Below are positions 11,387 through 23,316 of a stretch of 64,000 nt of DNA, piece after piece (the first letter of the stretch is position 1; each line of letters starts with the position of its first letter). Under the pieces are notes generated by a model. It was not told where the DNA came from. It did no database searches and saw only the letters and a program-made list of their open reading frames with translations. Origin of the DNA: Macrostomum lignano (taxonomy: Eukaryota); NCBI GenBank assembly GCA_002269645.1, contig NIVC01000728.1, positions 250,422 through 314,421 of the forward strand, written 5' to 3'. The position numbers were made by a program, and so were the translations under genes.

Positions 11387-12484
11387 ATGCCGAAGTTCGA
11401 CGTCGATAAAATACACGTGAAGAGCATGAAAGTGTACTATGACAATTCCACGCAGACTAAAGTGTCCGAGAAGCCATTTCTAGTGCAGTACGAGAGCCAG
11501 CACTTCCGCTGCAAGACCACGCTAACACTAGAGGAGTCGGTGGCAAATAGTCACTGGACGGTTGGTCTCGTGCAGGCCTGCGACGGAATGTACCTGGAGA
11601 ATAGGTACGGCAAATTCGGCAGCTCGCACTGGGAATTTCACCCTATGTCCGCCCGGAGACACAAAATGGTGAACGACAGCGACGGGCGGCAGTATCCGTT
11701 CTACAGCCTGACTACAAGCAAATGCGAGATACCGCGCGGCACCGTGGCGGAATCCGAGGTGCGCCTGCATTACAGCGACCACTTCTACCCGACCGTCGCT
11801 TGGCAGCTGCCGTTCTGCGGCGGCGTGCACCTAACTGACGTCATACGCAAGCAGGACTTCTGGGTGTGGCTGGTCGCTCTGCGCAGACAACGGTCCAATA
11901 ACGAACAATTCCACTTGGGCCGAGACGAATTATTCGTGCTGAAGACAATGCGCTGGCGCTACACAATGCATCTACAGTTTGATCCGCACCAGAGACTCGG
12001 CCGGCGACTCAAAGCCGTCATGGACGAACAGCCGGAGCTGCCGATAATCTGCGAAACCGATAAGTCGGTGCCGCTGTCCGCGATGCACCCGCCGCACTGC
12101 AACGCTGCCCAGTCGTTAATCTGGTATCCCCGAGTGCCTGGCGAGCGTCAGGAGCTGCTGGTGCCGCCGAAGCAGTCCATCGTGCCGTGGGACGTCTGGG
12201 CCGACGAGATGCTGCCGACCGGGGACCGGGACCGTCTGCGCCGGCCGTCCAACCTGCGCATCTGCCCGCTCTGGTCGGACGACTTCACCATCGGGGTCTA
12301 CCGGCGAACCAGCCGGGCGGGCCTGGCCACCGCCGCCTCGGTAACCGGCCCCCTCGCCATCGCCTCGTCATCTTCGGCGGGCAATTCCGCCGGGCTGGTG
12401 ACGGGCAACTCCAGCTCCGGCAGGACATTCTTAGCCCCGTTCGGTCCGCGCAGGAAGTCAAACAGCGTCAACAAGTTCATCTGA
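11387..12484 (+). CDS. FAM78: FAM78-family protein (intronless, ~365 aa)
   Basis: Motifs WTVGLVQAC, YGKFGSSHWE, VNDSDGRQYPFY, DHFYPTVAW, LKTMRW, PPHCNAAQSLIW align by eye with FAM78A/B (WVVGWIQAC, ISDSDGVSYPWY, NDNFYPSVTW, KPNANDAQVLMW). ATG in CACCATG context at 11387. Confidence 0.88.
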   Translation: MPKFDVDKIHVKSMKVYYDNSTQTKVSEKPFLVQYESQHFRCKTTLTLEESVANSHWTVGLVQACDGMYLENRYGKFGSSHWEFHPMSARRHKMVNDSDGRQYPFYSLTTSKCEIPRGTVAESEVRLHYSDHFYPTVAWQLPFCGGVHLTDVIRKQDFWVWLVALRRQRSNNEQFHLGRDELFVLKTMRWRYTMHLQFDPHQRLGRRLKAVMDEQPELPIICETDKSVPLSAMHPPHCNAAQSLIWYPRVPGERQELLVPPKQSIVPWDVWADEMLPTGDRDRLRRPSNLRICPLWSDDFTIGVYRRTSRAGLATAASVTGPLAIASSSSAGNSAGLVTGNSSSGRTFLAPFGPRRKSNSVNKFI

Positions 12485-13006
12485 ATCCCGGATGAGCTCA
12501 GCCTCCTCCACGGCAACCCTCCCGTCTTTGTGTGACACTTTAATTATTTTGCTCATTTTGTGTTTTTAAAACCTAAACAACTGCGAGACGAGTCTTATTT
12601 GCATTTCGCTATGGACTGATAGAATGGAATACAATAAAAAGAAGCCAATGACGGAAGAGAAATGCGCAACCGGTTATTTCATTGCAAGATAAAAAAATTG
12701 CTTCAACTTGGTTTGTCAACATGGGGCGCGCTCGACTTGAGAACTCGGCTCTCACGATTTACAAACTTCCTTATCTCTGCGTGACAGCTCAAATTTCATG
12801 GATATATTTTAGCTATAAAAGATCATTTGACAGAACAAATCCAGTGAACACGCACTCTAGTGAGATGACGCTTCTGATCAAAATATTATAGTTTTTAGGT
12901 GAAAAACATGCGTACCAAGATCCTAAGCCTCTAAAGTGTGTCTGTACAGCCATATCTTTAAATTTTATGGGGCATCGCCGTTAGTGTGTAATAGGTAGCT
13001 GTAGCT

Positions 13007-14147
13007 CTGTAGCTGGCATAGCATCCCATCTCTGTAGCTGGCATAGCATCCCATCTCTGTAGCTGGCATAGCATCCCATCTCTGTAGCTGGCATAGCATC
13101 CCATCTCTGTAGCTGGCATAGCATCCCATCTCTGTAGCTGGCATAGCATCCCATCTCTGTAGCTGGCATAGCATCCCATCTCTGTAGCTGGCATAGCATC
13201 CCATCTCTGTAGCTGGCATAGCATCCCATCTCTGTAGCTGGCATAGCATCCCATCTCTGTAGCTGGCATAGCATCCCATCTCTGTAGCTGGCATAGCATC
13301 CCATCTCTGTAGCTGGCATAGCATCCCATCTCTGTAGCTGGCATAGCATCCCATCTCTGTAGCTGGCATAGCATCCCATCTCTGTAGCTGGCATAGCATC
13401 CCATCTCTGTAGCTGGCATAGCATCCCATCTCTGTAGCTGGCATAGCATCCCATCTCTGTAGCTGGCATAGCATCCCATCTCTGTAGCTGGCATAGCATC
13501 CCATCTCTGTAGCTGGCATAGCATCCCATCTCTGTAGCTGGCATAGCATCCCATCTCTGTAGCTGGCATAGCATCCCATCTCTGTAGCTGGCATAGCATC
13601 CCATCTCTGTAGCTGGCATAGCATCCCATCTCTGTAGCTGGCATAGCATCCCATCTCTGTAGCTGGCATAGCATCCCATCTCTGTAGCTGGCATAGCATC
13701 CCATCTCTGTAGCTGGCATAGCATCCCATCTCTGTAGCTGGCATAGCATCCTATCTCTGTAGCTGGCATAGCGCCACATCTGTAGCTGGCATAGCGCCAC
13801 ATCTGTAGCTGGCATAGCGCCACATCTGTAGCTGGCATAGCGCCACATCTGTAGCTGGCATAGCGCCACATCTGTAGCTGGCATAGCGCCACATCTGTAG
13901 CTGGCATAGCATCCCATCTCTGTAGCTGGCATAGCATCCCATCTCTGTAGCTGGCATAGCATCCCATCTCTGTAGCTGGCATAGCATCCCATCTCTGTAG
14001 CTGGCATAGCATCCCATCTCTGTAGCTGGCATAGCATCCCATCTCTGTAGCTGGCATAGCGCCACATCTGTAGCTGGCATAGCGCCACATCTGTAGCTGG
14101 CATAGCGCCACATCTGTAGCTGGCATAGCGCCACATCTGTAGCTGGC
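13007..14147 (+). repeat. 25-bp (TGTAGCTGGCATAGCATCCCATCTC) / 23-bp variant minisatellite
   Basis: Visible; blocks of the 23-bp variant (…GCGCCACATC) occur at ~13770-13905 and ~14060-14145. Confidence 0.97.
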
Positions 14148-14758
14148 ACCCTTCTCTCTGTGCTGCGGTGCAGAGAGCAAAAAACATTTTTCTCAAAAGT
14201 GTCGCCAAACGGTAACGAACTGCGCCTCTAAATGAACAGATTAGAGAGATTAGGCGATAAGCTCATAATCTCAGTATCCAAGCAAGGCAGGGGATTAGCA
14301 GGCCCGCGACCAGCTAGTGAGTTGAGTAAAGCTCCTTTAGTCTGTCAGACAAAAAATTTATGCAACACAAGAAAATTTTCCAATGGCAGGGAAAAGGGCG
14401 CATGTATAAACGCACTTGAACAGAGGCATTGGAAACAGTCCCTAGATTTTCTTGTGTCTCACATCTGGTACTCGTATAATCTCCATCGAAATTTGAAACC
14501 CAAATACATTGGGGCTTCAAAACCGAGCTCTCATATCTCCAGTCGATAGGGAAAAAATCCCCAAAAAACGCATTCAAATCGCAGGTAGGAGACGTAACGA
14601 CACAGCTGGGAGTTTCTTGCTGTAAATAAAAAATTAATGAGCGCTGCTAAACCTAGGGTAAAACAGACACATGCTTGAATGTGACGAGCCCAAGCAGGAC
14701 GGCTGAGCTTGAATGCACAGTTCATCAAGGGGAGTCGCAGAGTTGAGAGTCCTTGTTG

Positions 14759-14945
<187 letters not shown>

Positions 14946-16015
14946 GGCAAACTTAGTTACTATAGTTAGTTAGTTAGGTCTGGGTTTCTCGTCACCTCAC
15001 TCTGTTGCCATACTGGATTGTCCCTCACGGACGTAAATCAGGCCGATCGCAAACACTAAATTAACGTGACTAAGCGCGCACTTAAAAGCCTGTAACTGTG
15101 GCGCGAGAGTTGGCTGGTGTTTCCGGCTCGCACGAAATAATTTATTCAGTTCGAAAATGTGTCACCAATTTCTAGAAATCGAACGCTTCTGTTAAAAAAA
15201 TTATTAAGTATTTTTCACTTCGAAAATAGCGATTATTGAGCGACCTCTAGTTGTAAAAAAAGCAGTTCCAGATTCTCTTCAGTAGTCCCTGGCCCATCCC
15301 GAGAGCATTTTGTAGCATTTTATTGCCTCATTCGACTGTCTCGCACGCGTCCCGGGATCCCGGGAGAGAGAGAGAGCTGGGCAGTTCGAAATCTGTCGAA
15401 TAGTCAGATGGACGTTTTTTTTCTCTTTGCAGAAGCGAGTCCCAGTGTCTTTGTATTGGAGAGCATTTCCTGTGATTTTCTTCACGTCACCAACTGCAGG
15501 CGGTTGGGTTCTGGCCCGCAGGCCCTGCGGCAAGTCGCCCGGCTGAGCAGTGCGCCAGTGGAGCACGTCTCGGTTTCATCAAGCTTGGCAAAATCTTTAA
15601 AAGAACAGCCGGCTGACATTTTGTGCAACTTTTTTTGCGCAAGCATTGGCAACCATCACTACCTTATGATTTTATTCATGACAAATTTTGTTTCCAAAAT
15701 TTTTAACTTGTACTCGAATATTGAAAAATTGAAGTATTGATCGCCAAAATTGACGGGGTCTTTTAGGCGATATGAATTTTTGTTTTCGTTTAGGCAACAT
15801 TATACTTATATTGTGTGGCTACAAAAGGGCAACTTGTGCTTTATCTGTCTCGTATTTCTACTAGGAGCAGATGTAGCAGCAATTATTTAGAAATTCACCT
15901 TGGAAAACTTTTGATGCCTCCATTTCTCTTAGGGCTCCTTTGTGAGCCTGGAGTGAAATGGGTGTTAGCCATCCACCCCTCCTTGCGATGTACTTTGTGC
16001 CGCCTTTGTGCGCCG

Positions 16016-16787
16016 TCCTCTATACTTCTCAGTGGGGTGGGGTGGGGTGGGGGTTTGCTCACCCGCTTTTTTATCTGCGCGCCGCCCTCTATACTTCTCC
16101 GTGGGGTGGGGTGGGGTGGGGGTTTGCTCACTTGCTTTTTATCTGCGCGCCGCCCTCTATACTTCTCCGTGGGGTGGGGTGGGGTGGGGGTTTGCTCACC
16201 CGCTTTTTATCTGCGCGCCGCCCTCTATACTTCTCCGTGGGGTGGGGGGTTTGCTCACCCGCTTTTTATCTGCACGCCGCCCTCTATACTTCTCCGTGGG
16301 GTGGGGGGTTTGCTCACCCGCTTTTTTATCTGCGCGCCGCCCTCTATACTTCTCCGTGGGGTGGGGTGGGGTGGGGGTTTGCTCACCCGCTTTTTATCTG
16401 CGCGCCGCCCTCTATACTTCTCCGTGGGGTGGGGGGTTTGCTCACCCGCTTTTTTATCTGCGCGCCGCCCTCTATACTTCTCCGTGAGGTGGGGTGGGGG
16501 TGGGGGTTTGCTCACCCGCTCTTTATCTGCGCGCCGCCCTTTATACTTCTCCGTGGGGTGGGGGGTTTGCTCACCCGCTTTTTTATCTGCGCGCTGCCCT
16601 CTATACTTCTCCGTGGGGTGGGGGGTTTGCTCACCCGCTTTTTTATCTGCGCGCCGCCGTCTATACTTCTCCGTGGGGTGGGGTGGGGTGGGGGTTTGCT
16701 CACCCGCTTTTTATCTGCGCGCCGCCCTCTATACTTCTCCGTGGTGTGGGGGTTTGCTCACCCGCTTTTTATATGCGCGCCGCCCTC
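16016..16787 (+). repeat. ~57-67 bp minisatellite with (GGGGT)n tracts
   Basis: Unit TTTGCTCACCCGCTTTTTATCTGCGCGCCGCCCTCTATACTTCTCCGT(GGGGT)nGGGGG. Confidence 0.95.
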
Positions 16788-18521
16788 TGTGCCACGTCGC
16801 TCCTGCCGGAACTTATCGTTTCTACGGGGTCGTTTTCCCAAACTCTCGCGCTGCTTCGGCCATAGACATTGCCTGCCTGCTGTTCGTCCTCCTTGCTGCT
16901 GGGGTGTGATTGGTTAAAACCCAGTTCGAGAATAGAGTTACCCGGGTTCGACTCCCGGAGCTTGTCGCGCGATGAACTCTCCTGATTGTCAATCTCCAAA
17001 TAAATGTGGGTACGCACGGAATCGAACCAAGGATCACTGACGCGCGAGTCTCTGAACTGAAAAAGTAAGCAAGCGCGAAAGTCGCAGCTGAGCAGTAGCG
17101 TGCTTGAGGCAAAAAAGCCAGATAGAAACCGTTGGGATCATCAGAATTAGGAGCCGTTCAATGCTTGATTTGCTTGCGTGCCTAGCGACACAGCTTTTTA
17201 ATCTTTTGAATTTTGTCCCAAATCAAAATTGATACAGAGGGATCTGGCAGTCAATAGTCAGGTGATTTTTTTCTCTTTTAACTTCATCCACCATCTCACA
17301 TTGGCTTGACTGACTTTCCCTAAATTTACGTATTTTTCGAACTCTGAAAAGAAAAAATTAATCTTAATAACTAGAATTAATTTGAATTTCCAAGATTAAA
17401 ACTGACATGCAACATGAAGTTACTGATTAATTTTGATAGCTGTTTTTTGCAAAGTTCATCATGTCTTTTAGACTATCACATAATTACTATCGATTTTCTC
17501 CGAAATATTCTCTCCAAGTGGTTGAGAAAACTGCATGGCAACTGGATGGCAGCATCATATTGCTACACTTCAACTAAATAATCTGGCTAATAAAACTGCT
17601 GTGCTTACTAATGCTTGAGTTATTGAAATGCAGGAGGCTGTGTGCACCCTGGCGCGCTTTAAGCGACATTGTCACACAACCGGCGAGAGGCATTGCTGCC
17701 CATTCCGCCGACTCCCCTGAGCAGGCACACACCCACACAGGAGTGTACAGCAGCCCTAACTTTATATTATCGTTAGGCATGTACACTTCACCTCAAGGCC
17801 GTTAATTGCACGAGCAGAGCCAAGCTGAGATTCCAATTTAGCAGCCCCAAACTAATGTGACTGCACTTGGAATCGAGCCTGGGTTGCTGGCACATCAGAG
17901 CACTGGACTAGCAAGTTAGTTAGTTAGAACTCCAGACGATACCCTTTCTGAGCGAATGGACTCTAGCAAATTTCCAATAGCAGTGAAAAGCCTGAGCTGA
18001 CAAATGGAAGTCAGCTGAGCTCTGATTGGTCAGCTCGCAGTCCTGATAAATCTATATGTTGGGAGTGCAGAGATAAGCCCGTTGTGCTCAAGGCAGCCGC
18101 AACTCCATAAGAGCAGAGCTGAACCTGGTAAGAAATTGATTAAAATCTTCAACAGAAGCCAATCGGAACTCCAATTAGTAAGTTTTCTGTTTTCTAATTC
18201 TAAATAATTTCCTTCATAAGCTGCATAATACGGGAGTAATAAAGCAATTTCCAAATTTTGTATCAATCCTCAAGGCTTCCGCTACTCAGTCAAGAACTAA
18301 TTGAAGTCCCTGTCAAAAAACCTAGATAGCAGCTGCAGCCGGATACCGCAGGCTGTGCCTCACAGAAATTTTCCTTTTTTCTTTTAATGAGCTTGCCGTT
18401 GCACCCATCGGCCCCTTGGGGATAATTATTGAGAGATTTTTTTCAAATGAAAGTCTGATAGGGAAGATGGCTAAAATCTTCAGATTTTTTGGTGATTTAA
18501 GGTTGCCTTTGCCTCGCATCC

Positions 18522-18810
18522 TCAGGTTGGGAAATAAATTCACCTCAGATCCTCAGGTTGGAAAATAAATTCACCTCAGATCCTCAGATTGGGAAATAAA
18601 TTCTTCCCAGATCCTCAGGTTGGGAAATAAATTCTCCTCAGATCCTCAGGTTGGGAAATAAATTCTCCTCAGATCCTCAGGTTGGGAAATAAATTCACCT
18701 CAGATCCTCAGATTGGGAAATAAATTCTTCCCAGATCCTCAGGCTGGGGAATAAATTCACCTTAAGTCCTCAGGTTGGGGAATTATCTCCACCTTGAATC
18801 CTCAGGTGGG
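18522..18810 (+). repeat. 31-bp minisatellite (TCAGATCCTCAGGTTGGGAAATAAATTCACC) just upstream of the GPCR
   Basis: Visible, ~9 units. Confidence 0.93.
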
Positions 18811-18902
18811 AAAACGACTGCTAACTATGATGCTTGAATAATGATACCAAGCAACGCAAATTAAAACACGCAGGAAAATCTCCCCACACTGAACTCAGAG
18901 CC

Positions 18903-20723
18903 ATGGCCAACTGGACCTCTGTTCACCCCGACCTGTACAAAATCCACCTGGCCGAACTGATCGAAAGACGTCGAGCTGAAAATCGGATGCCAAATTCGCT
19001 ACTGATTTGCATCACAGTCTGCCTGTGCTTGATCTCCCTGCTAGGCATTTTTGGCAACAGTCTGGTCATTGTGTTCTTCCACCGCAGCCTCCGCGACCTG
19101 CCTCAGAATGTCTACGTGATCGCCCTGGCGGTGCTGGACCTGCTGGTATGCGCTGTGGTCATCCCGTCGACTCTCTACCAGGACGTCTGGCACAGGTCTA
19201 GCTCGGAGCTATGCTGCAAACTTTTCCACATCCTTCGCTATTCGTTGGTGCCATCGTCGGCTTTTCTGCTCTGCCTCATCGCTGTGGACCGGTTCGTCAT
19301 CATCTGCTTCGTGCCCGGCGTGCAGACCGGCCGGCGCAGCTCCCTGGCCTACGTGGCCTTGGCGGTGGGTCTCGGCTGCGCTGTCGGTGTACCGGGCGGC
19401 CTCACAACTGGCACCAGGATGCGCATTGAACTGGCCGACGGCGGCGTGGAGCTGCCCGTGGCCTACTGCACCACCGACAACCAGCTGGTGAGCACCCCGG
19501 TGATGCAGGCGTACAAGACCGGCCTCTCTGTGCTGTTCGCCTGCGCTCTGCTGCTGCTGCTGTTCTTCTACGCCAACATTTTTGCATTTGTGCGGCGCCG
19601 GCAGCACCGGTGGGCCCGGTCGCGCTCCTGGGTGGCCCACGCCGGCAGCCGGAGCCGGAGCAAGAGCAGGTGCAAGGCGGCCCGGATGTCTAGCGGCGAC
19701 TGCCCAGTTGAGCACTCGATCGGATCGAAAGCGGGCCGCTGCTCAGCTGAGCTCAGCTGCGGCGGTGCCTGCAGCAGAGGCGGCCAAAAAAAGCGACGCG
19801 TTGTCCGGCGCCTGTCGTCGCGCGCTGAAGAGACGGAGGTGACCACCTGCGCCGGTGTGGAGCTCATGAGTCACCATGGAGGCGCGTCGGCCGTGGCCGC
19901 GGCGCTGGCAGTCCTTAACGGCGCCGACGCTTCCGCGTCAGCAGGTGTGTCGGACTGCTGCCTGGAGACTAACATTGATGAAGTGCTGATGCTGACTGCT
20001 CCAACTAATGATGGAGCGGCTGAGTCGCTAGTAGCTGGGAAGGTCCCAGCCGAGGAGGCTGGACTAGTTAAAGATGAGGCTGACACCGGACCGGGCTCAG
20101 ACAGGATTGTTGAGGAGGAGGACGCAGCTGAAGCCGCCGACCCGGCCGCAGTGCAAGAGGAGGTGAAGCAGCGCCGCCTGTCGAAGCAGCAGCAGCAGCA
20201 GCAGCCGCAGCGCCGTTCCTGGACCTCAGCGCGCGACAACTCAATCGGGTCCGTGCAGCTGGCGCAGGCGCGCCGCGATCTGGCCGAACGGGCGCGCAAA
20301 CGGCCGCATATTAAAACCGCTAAAGTGCTGAGCGTCATCACGTTCTTCTACGTGTTATCTTACCTGCCATTTCTGCTCGTGTACAATGCTCACTGGGGCC
20401 CCGGCTGGGATGCCGACAGCTCAGGGCCTGTAGTGGCCGCTAGCAACAACAGCAGCAGCGGCTGGCCCAGCCCCAGCTGGCCCGGCTCCGGCAGAATCCA
20501 GATTTTATCAACTTCCGCCGGAAATTTCACCTCTAAACTTGAAGTTGACAAGTTCTCGAATTGGAGCAACAGGCTCAAGGATATCATTGTTAATATCATA
20601 TTTTATTGCTATTTTATTAATCACGGCGTTAATCCAATCATCTACGGCTGCATGAACACCTACTTCAAGCAGCAGGTGTACAGCCTATGCAACTCTATGG
20701 GCGGTCGGTGCCAGCACCCGTGA
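18903..20723 (+). CDS. Class A (rhodopsin-like) GPCR, probably an orphan peptide receptor, intronless
   Basis: Seven hydrophobic segments with GN (TM1), LAVLD (TM2), C3.25, IAVDRF (DRY), Y5.58 region, SYLP (TM6), NPIIY (TM7). Likely start GCCATGG at 18903. Confidence 0.92.
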   Translation: MANWTSVHPDLYKIHLAELIERRRAENRMPNSLLICITVCLCLISLLGIFGNSLVIVFFHRSLRDLPQNVYVIALAVLDLLVCAVVIPSTLYQDVWHRSSSELCCKLFHILRYSLVPSSAFLLCLIAVDRFVIICFVPGVQTGRRSSLAYVALAVGLGCAVGVPGGLTTGTRMRIELADGGVELPVAYCTTDNQLVSTPVMQAYKTGLSVLFACALLLLLFFYANIFAFVRRRQHRWARSRSWVAHAGSRSRSKSRCKAARMSSGDCPVEHSIGSKAGRCSAELSCGGACSRGGQKKRRVVRRLSSRAEETEVTTCAGVELMSHHGGASAVAAALAVLNGADASASAGVSDCCLETNIDEVLMLTAPTNDGAAESLVAGKVPAEEAGLVKDEADTGPGSDRIVEEEDAAEAADPAAVQEEVKQRRLSKQQQQQQPQRRSWTSARDNSIGSVQLAQARRDLAERARKRPHIKTAKVLSVITFFYVLSYLPFLLVYNAHWGPGWDADSSGPVVAASNNSSSGWPSPSWPGSGRIQILSTSAGNFTSKLEVDKFSNWSNRLKDIIVNIIFYCYFINHGVNPIIYGCMNTYFKQQVYSLCNSMGGRCQHP

Positions 20724-20889
20724 CTGTCAGCTGACAGATTCGGCCCCGTCAAATAACTATGAAAGACCCGATCAATTTGTTTAATAAACTTCTTTAAAAT
20801 ACCAGCTCTATTACCCAAACAATATGCAATGTACAAGCAATCATTTGCTATCAGCTGCTATCGCTAGAGATGTTTTTAGTTCTCTACCC

Positions 20890-22220
20890 CTATCTTGTCA
20901 TTGATTAGCTGTATATAGAGCTGTTGTCTCTCTATCCCTATCTTGTCGCTGATTGGCTGTAGATATATAACGTTGTCTCTCTGTCTCTATCTTGTCGCTA
21001 ATTGGCTGTAGATATCAGTTGTCTCTCTGTCCCTATCTTTTCGCTGATTGACTATAGATAGAGCTGTTGTCTCTCTGTCTCTATCTTGTCGCTGATTGGC
21101 TGTAGATAGAGTTGTTGTCTCTCTGTCCCTATCTTATCGCTGATTGGCTGTAGATATATCAGTTGTCTGTCTCTATCTTGTCGCTAATTGGCTGTAGATA
21201 TCAGTTGTCTCTCTGTCCCTATCTTTTCGCTGATTGACTATAGATAGAGCTGTTGTCTCTCTGTCTCTATCTTGTCGCTGATTGGCTGTAGATAGAGTTG
21301 TTGTCTCTCTATCCCTATCTTGTCGCTGATTGGCTGTAGATATATAACGTTGTCTCTCTGTCTCTATCTTGTCGCTAATTGGCTGTAGATATCAGTTGTC
21401 TCTCTGTCCCTATCTTTTCGCTGATTGACTATAGATAGAGCTGTTGTCTCTCTGTCTCTATCTTGTCATTGATTAGCTGTATATAGAGCTGTTGTCTCTC
21501 TATCCCTATCTTGTCGCTGATTGGCTGTAGATATATAACGTTGTCTCTCTGTCTCTATCTTGTCGCTAATTGGCTGTAGATATCAGTTGTCTCTCTGTCC
21601 CTATCTTTTCGCTGATTGACTATAGATAGAGCTGTTGTCTCTCTGTCTCTATCTTGTCGCTGATTGGCTGTAGATAGAGTTGTTGTCTCTCTGTCCCTAT
21701 CTTATCGCTGATTGGCTGTAGATATATCAGTTGTCTGTCTCTATCTTGTCGCTAATTGGCTGTAGATATCAGTTGTCTCTCTGTCCCTATCTTTTCGCTG
21801 ATTGACTATAGATAGAGCTGTTGTCTCTCTGTCTCTATCTTGTCGCTGATTGGCTGTAGATAGAGTTGTTGTCTCTCTGTCCCTATCTTATCGCTGATTG
21901 GCTGTAGATATATCAGTTGTCTGTCCCTTTCTTATCGCTGATTGGCTGTAGATATCAGTTGTCTCTCTGTCCCTATCTTTTCGCTGATTGACTATAGATA
22001 GAGCTGTTGTGTCTCTGTCTCTATCTTGTCGCTGATTGGCTGTAGATAGAGCTGTTGTCTCTCTGTCCTGATTGTCGCTGATTGGCTAGATAGCTCGTAC
22101 GAGATAGAGCTGTTTTATCTTGTATCTCGTAGATTTTTTGTGTCTCTGCCGTTATCTTGTCATTGATTGGCTTCGAGTATATCTGTTGTCGCATCTTAAT
22201 CTCTATCTTGTCGCTGATTG
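20890..22220 (+). repeat. ~42-46 bp minisatellite with higher-order variant pattern
   Basis: Unit approx. GTTGTCTCTCTGTCCCTATCTTGTCGCTGATTGGCTGTAGATAGAG; variant units recur in order. Confidence 0.93.
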
Positions 22221-22365
22221 GCTGTCAATGGATTTTTGTATTTGTTTTTGAGTAAACCCCGTTTCCATTTAATTCACTGGAAATATTCATTTTGCATCGT
22301 TGTCCATTTGTATCGATATTCAAAACTTGTTACTAGCGATAGATTTGATATATTTTTACTGAACA

Positions 22366-23010
22366 ATTATCAAATGCGAGAACAAGCATTATGTACTCAA
22401 AGTACTCGACGTACTTGCACGTACTTGCAGAATGCAATAATTACGTCGTAAAACTAATATTGAGGCTTGCTCCCACAATACAGAGAATTTTTGTGCAATG
22501 GATTCAATTTTATATTGCGAGCGTAGAAAAGATTTAGAACCTGTCATGGACATCGAAACTCACCAATAAATTTTAGCTGTCCATGGAACAAGTGATGATA
22601 CAGAAGTCTTTTGTGATAAGAATCCTGAATTTACTGATTTCACAATTTCTTAAATATGGAGAATGAGAATGAAAATCGATAAGAATGTGTGAAAGTGGGA
22701 GTGAGAATGTAAGTGATAGTGAGAGTGAGTGGTAGTGAGAGTGAGAGTGAGAGGGAAAGTTAGAGGGAGGGAGAGTGAGAGTGAGAGGGAGAGCGAGAAC
22801 GAGAGTGAGATTGAGAGCGAGAGTGAGAGTGAGAGAGAGTGAAAGAGAGTGAGAGTCAGAGAGAGTGAGGGTAAGAGTGGGAGAGAGAGTGAGATCGAGA
22901 GTGAGAGCGAGAGTGAGAGTGAGAGTGAGAGCGAGAACGACAGCGAGAGTGAGAGTGAGAGCGAGAGTGAGAGTGAGAGTGAGTGAAAGAGAGTGAGAGT
23001 CAGAGAGAGT

Positions 23011-23062
<52 letters not shown>

Positions 23063-23079
23063 GAGAGAGACAGAGAGAG

Positions 23080-23154
<75 letters not shown>

Positions 23155-23215
23155 GAGAGACAGAGAGAGACAGAGAGAGACAGAGAGAGGGAGAGAGAGA
23201 GAGAGGAGGGCGCCT
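22366..23215. repeat. 3' copy of duplicated block (unique AT-rich + (GAGT)/(GA)n microsatellite)
   Basis: Identical from ATTATCAAATGCGAG at 22366 and 26516 (offset 4150, one 1-nt indel) until the pure GA run. Confidence 0.95.
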
Positions 23216-23275
23216 CCAATCTCAGGCACGGACGCGGTGCATGTAAAAAGGACAAACAAGTCAAGATGATTTAAG

Positions 23276-23316
23276 TTGCCGATATTTCGAATTAGGTAAA
23301 TTCTTCGTCAGGGCAA
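23276..23316 (-). ncRNA. Minimal type I hammerhead ribozyme
   Basis: Minus strand TTGCC-CTGACGA-A-GAATT-TACCT-AATTC-GAAA-TA-TC-GGCAA: stem I TTGCC/GGCAA, core CUGACGA, stem II GAATT/AATTC, GAAA, palindromic AUAU stem III, AUC cleavage triplet. Confidence 0.75.

Noticed and set aside
12958-14208. Long Cys/Met-rich ORFs over the 25-bp repeat, and similar ORFs over other arrays (8336-9586, 15815-16917, 26800-27866, 28141-29301, 37914-38720, 49387-50047)
   Set aside because: Translations of tandem or simple repeats; no domain signal.
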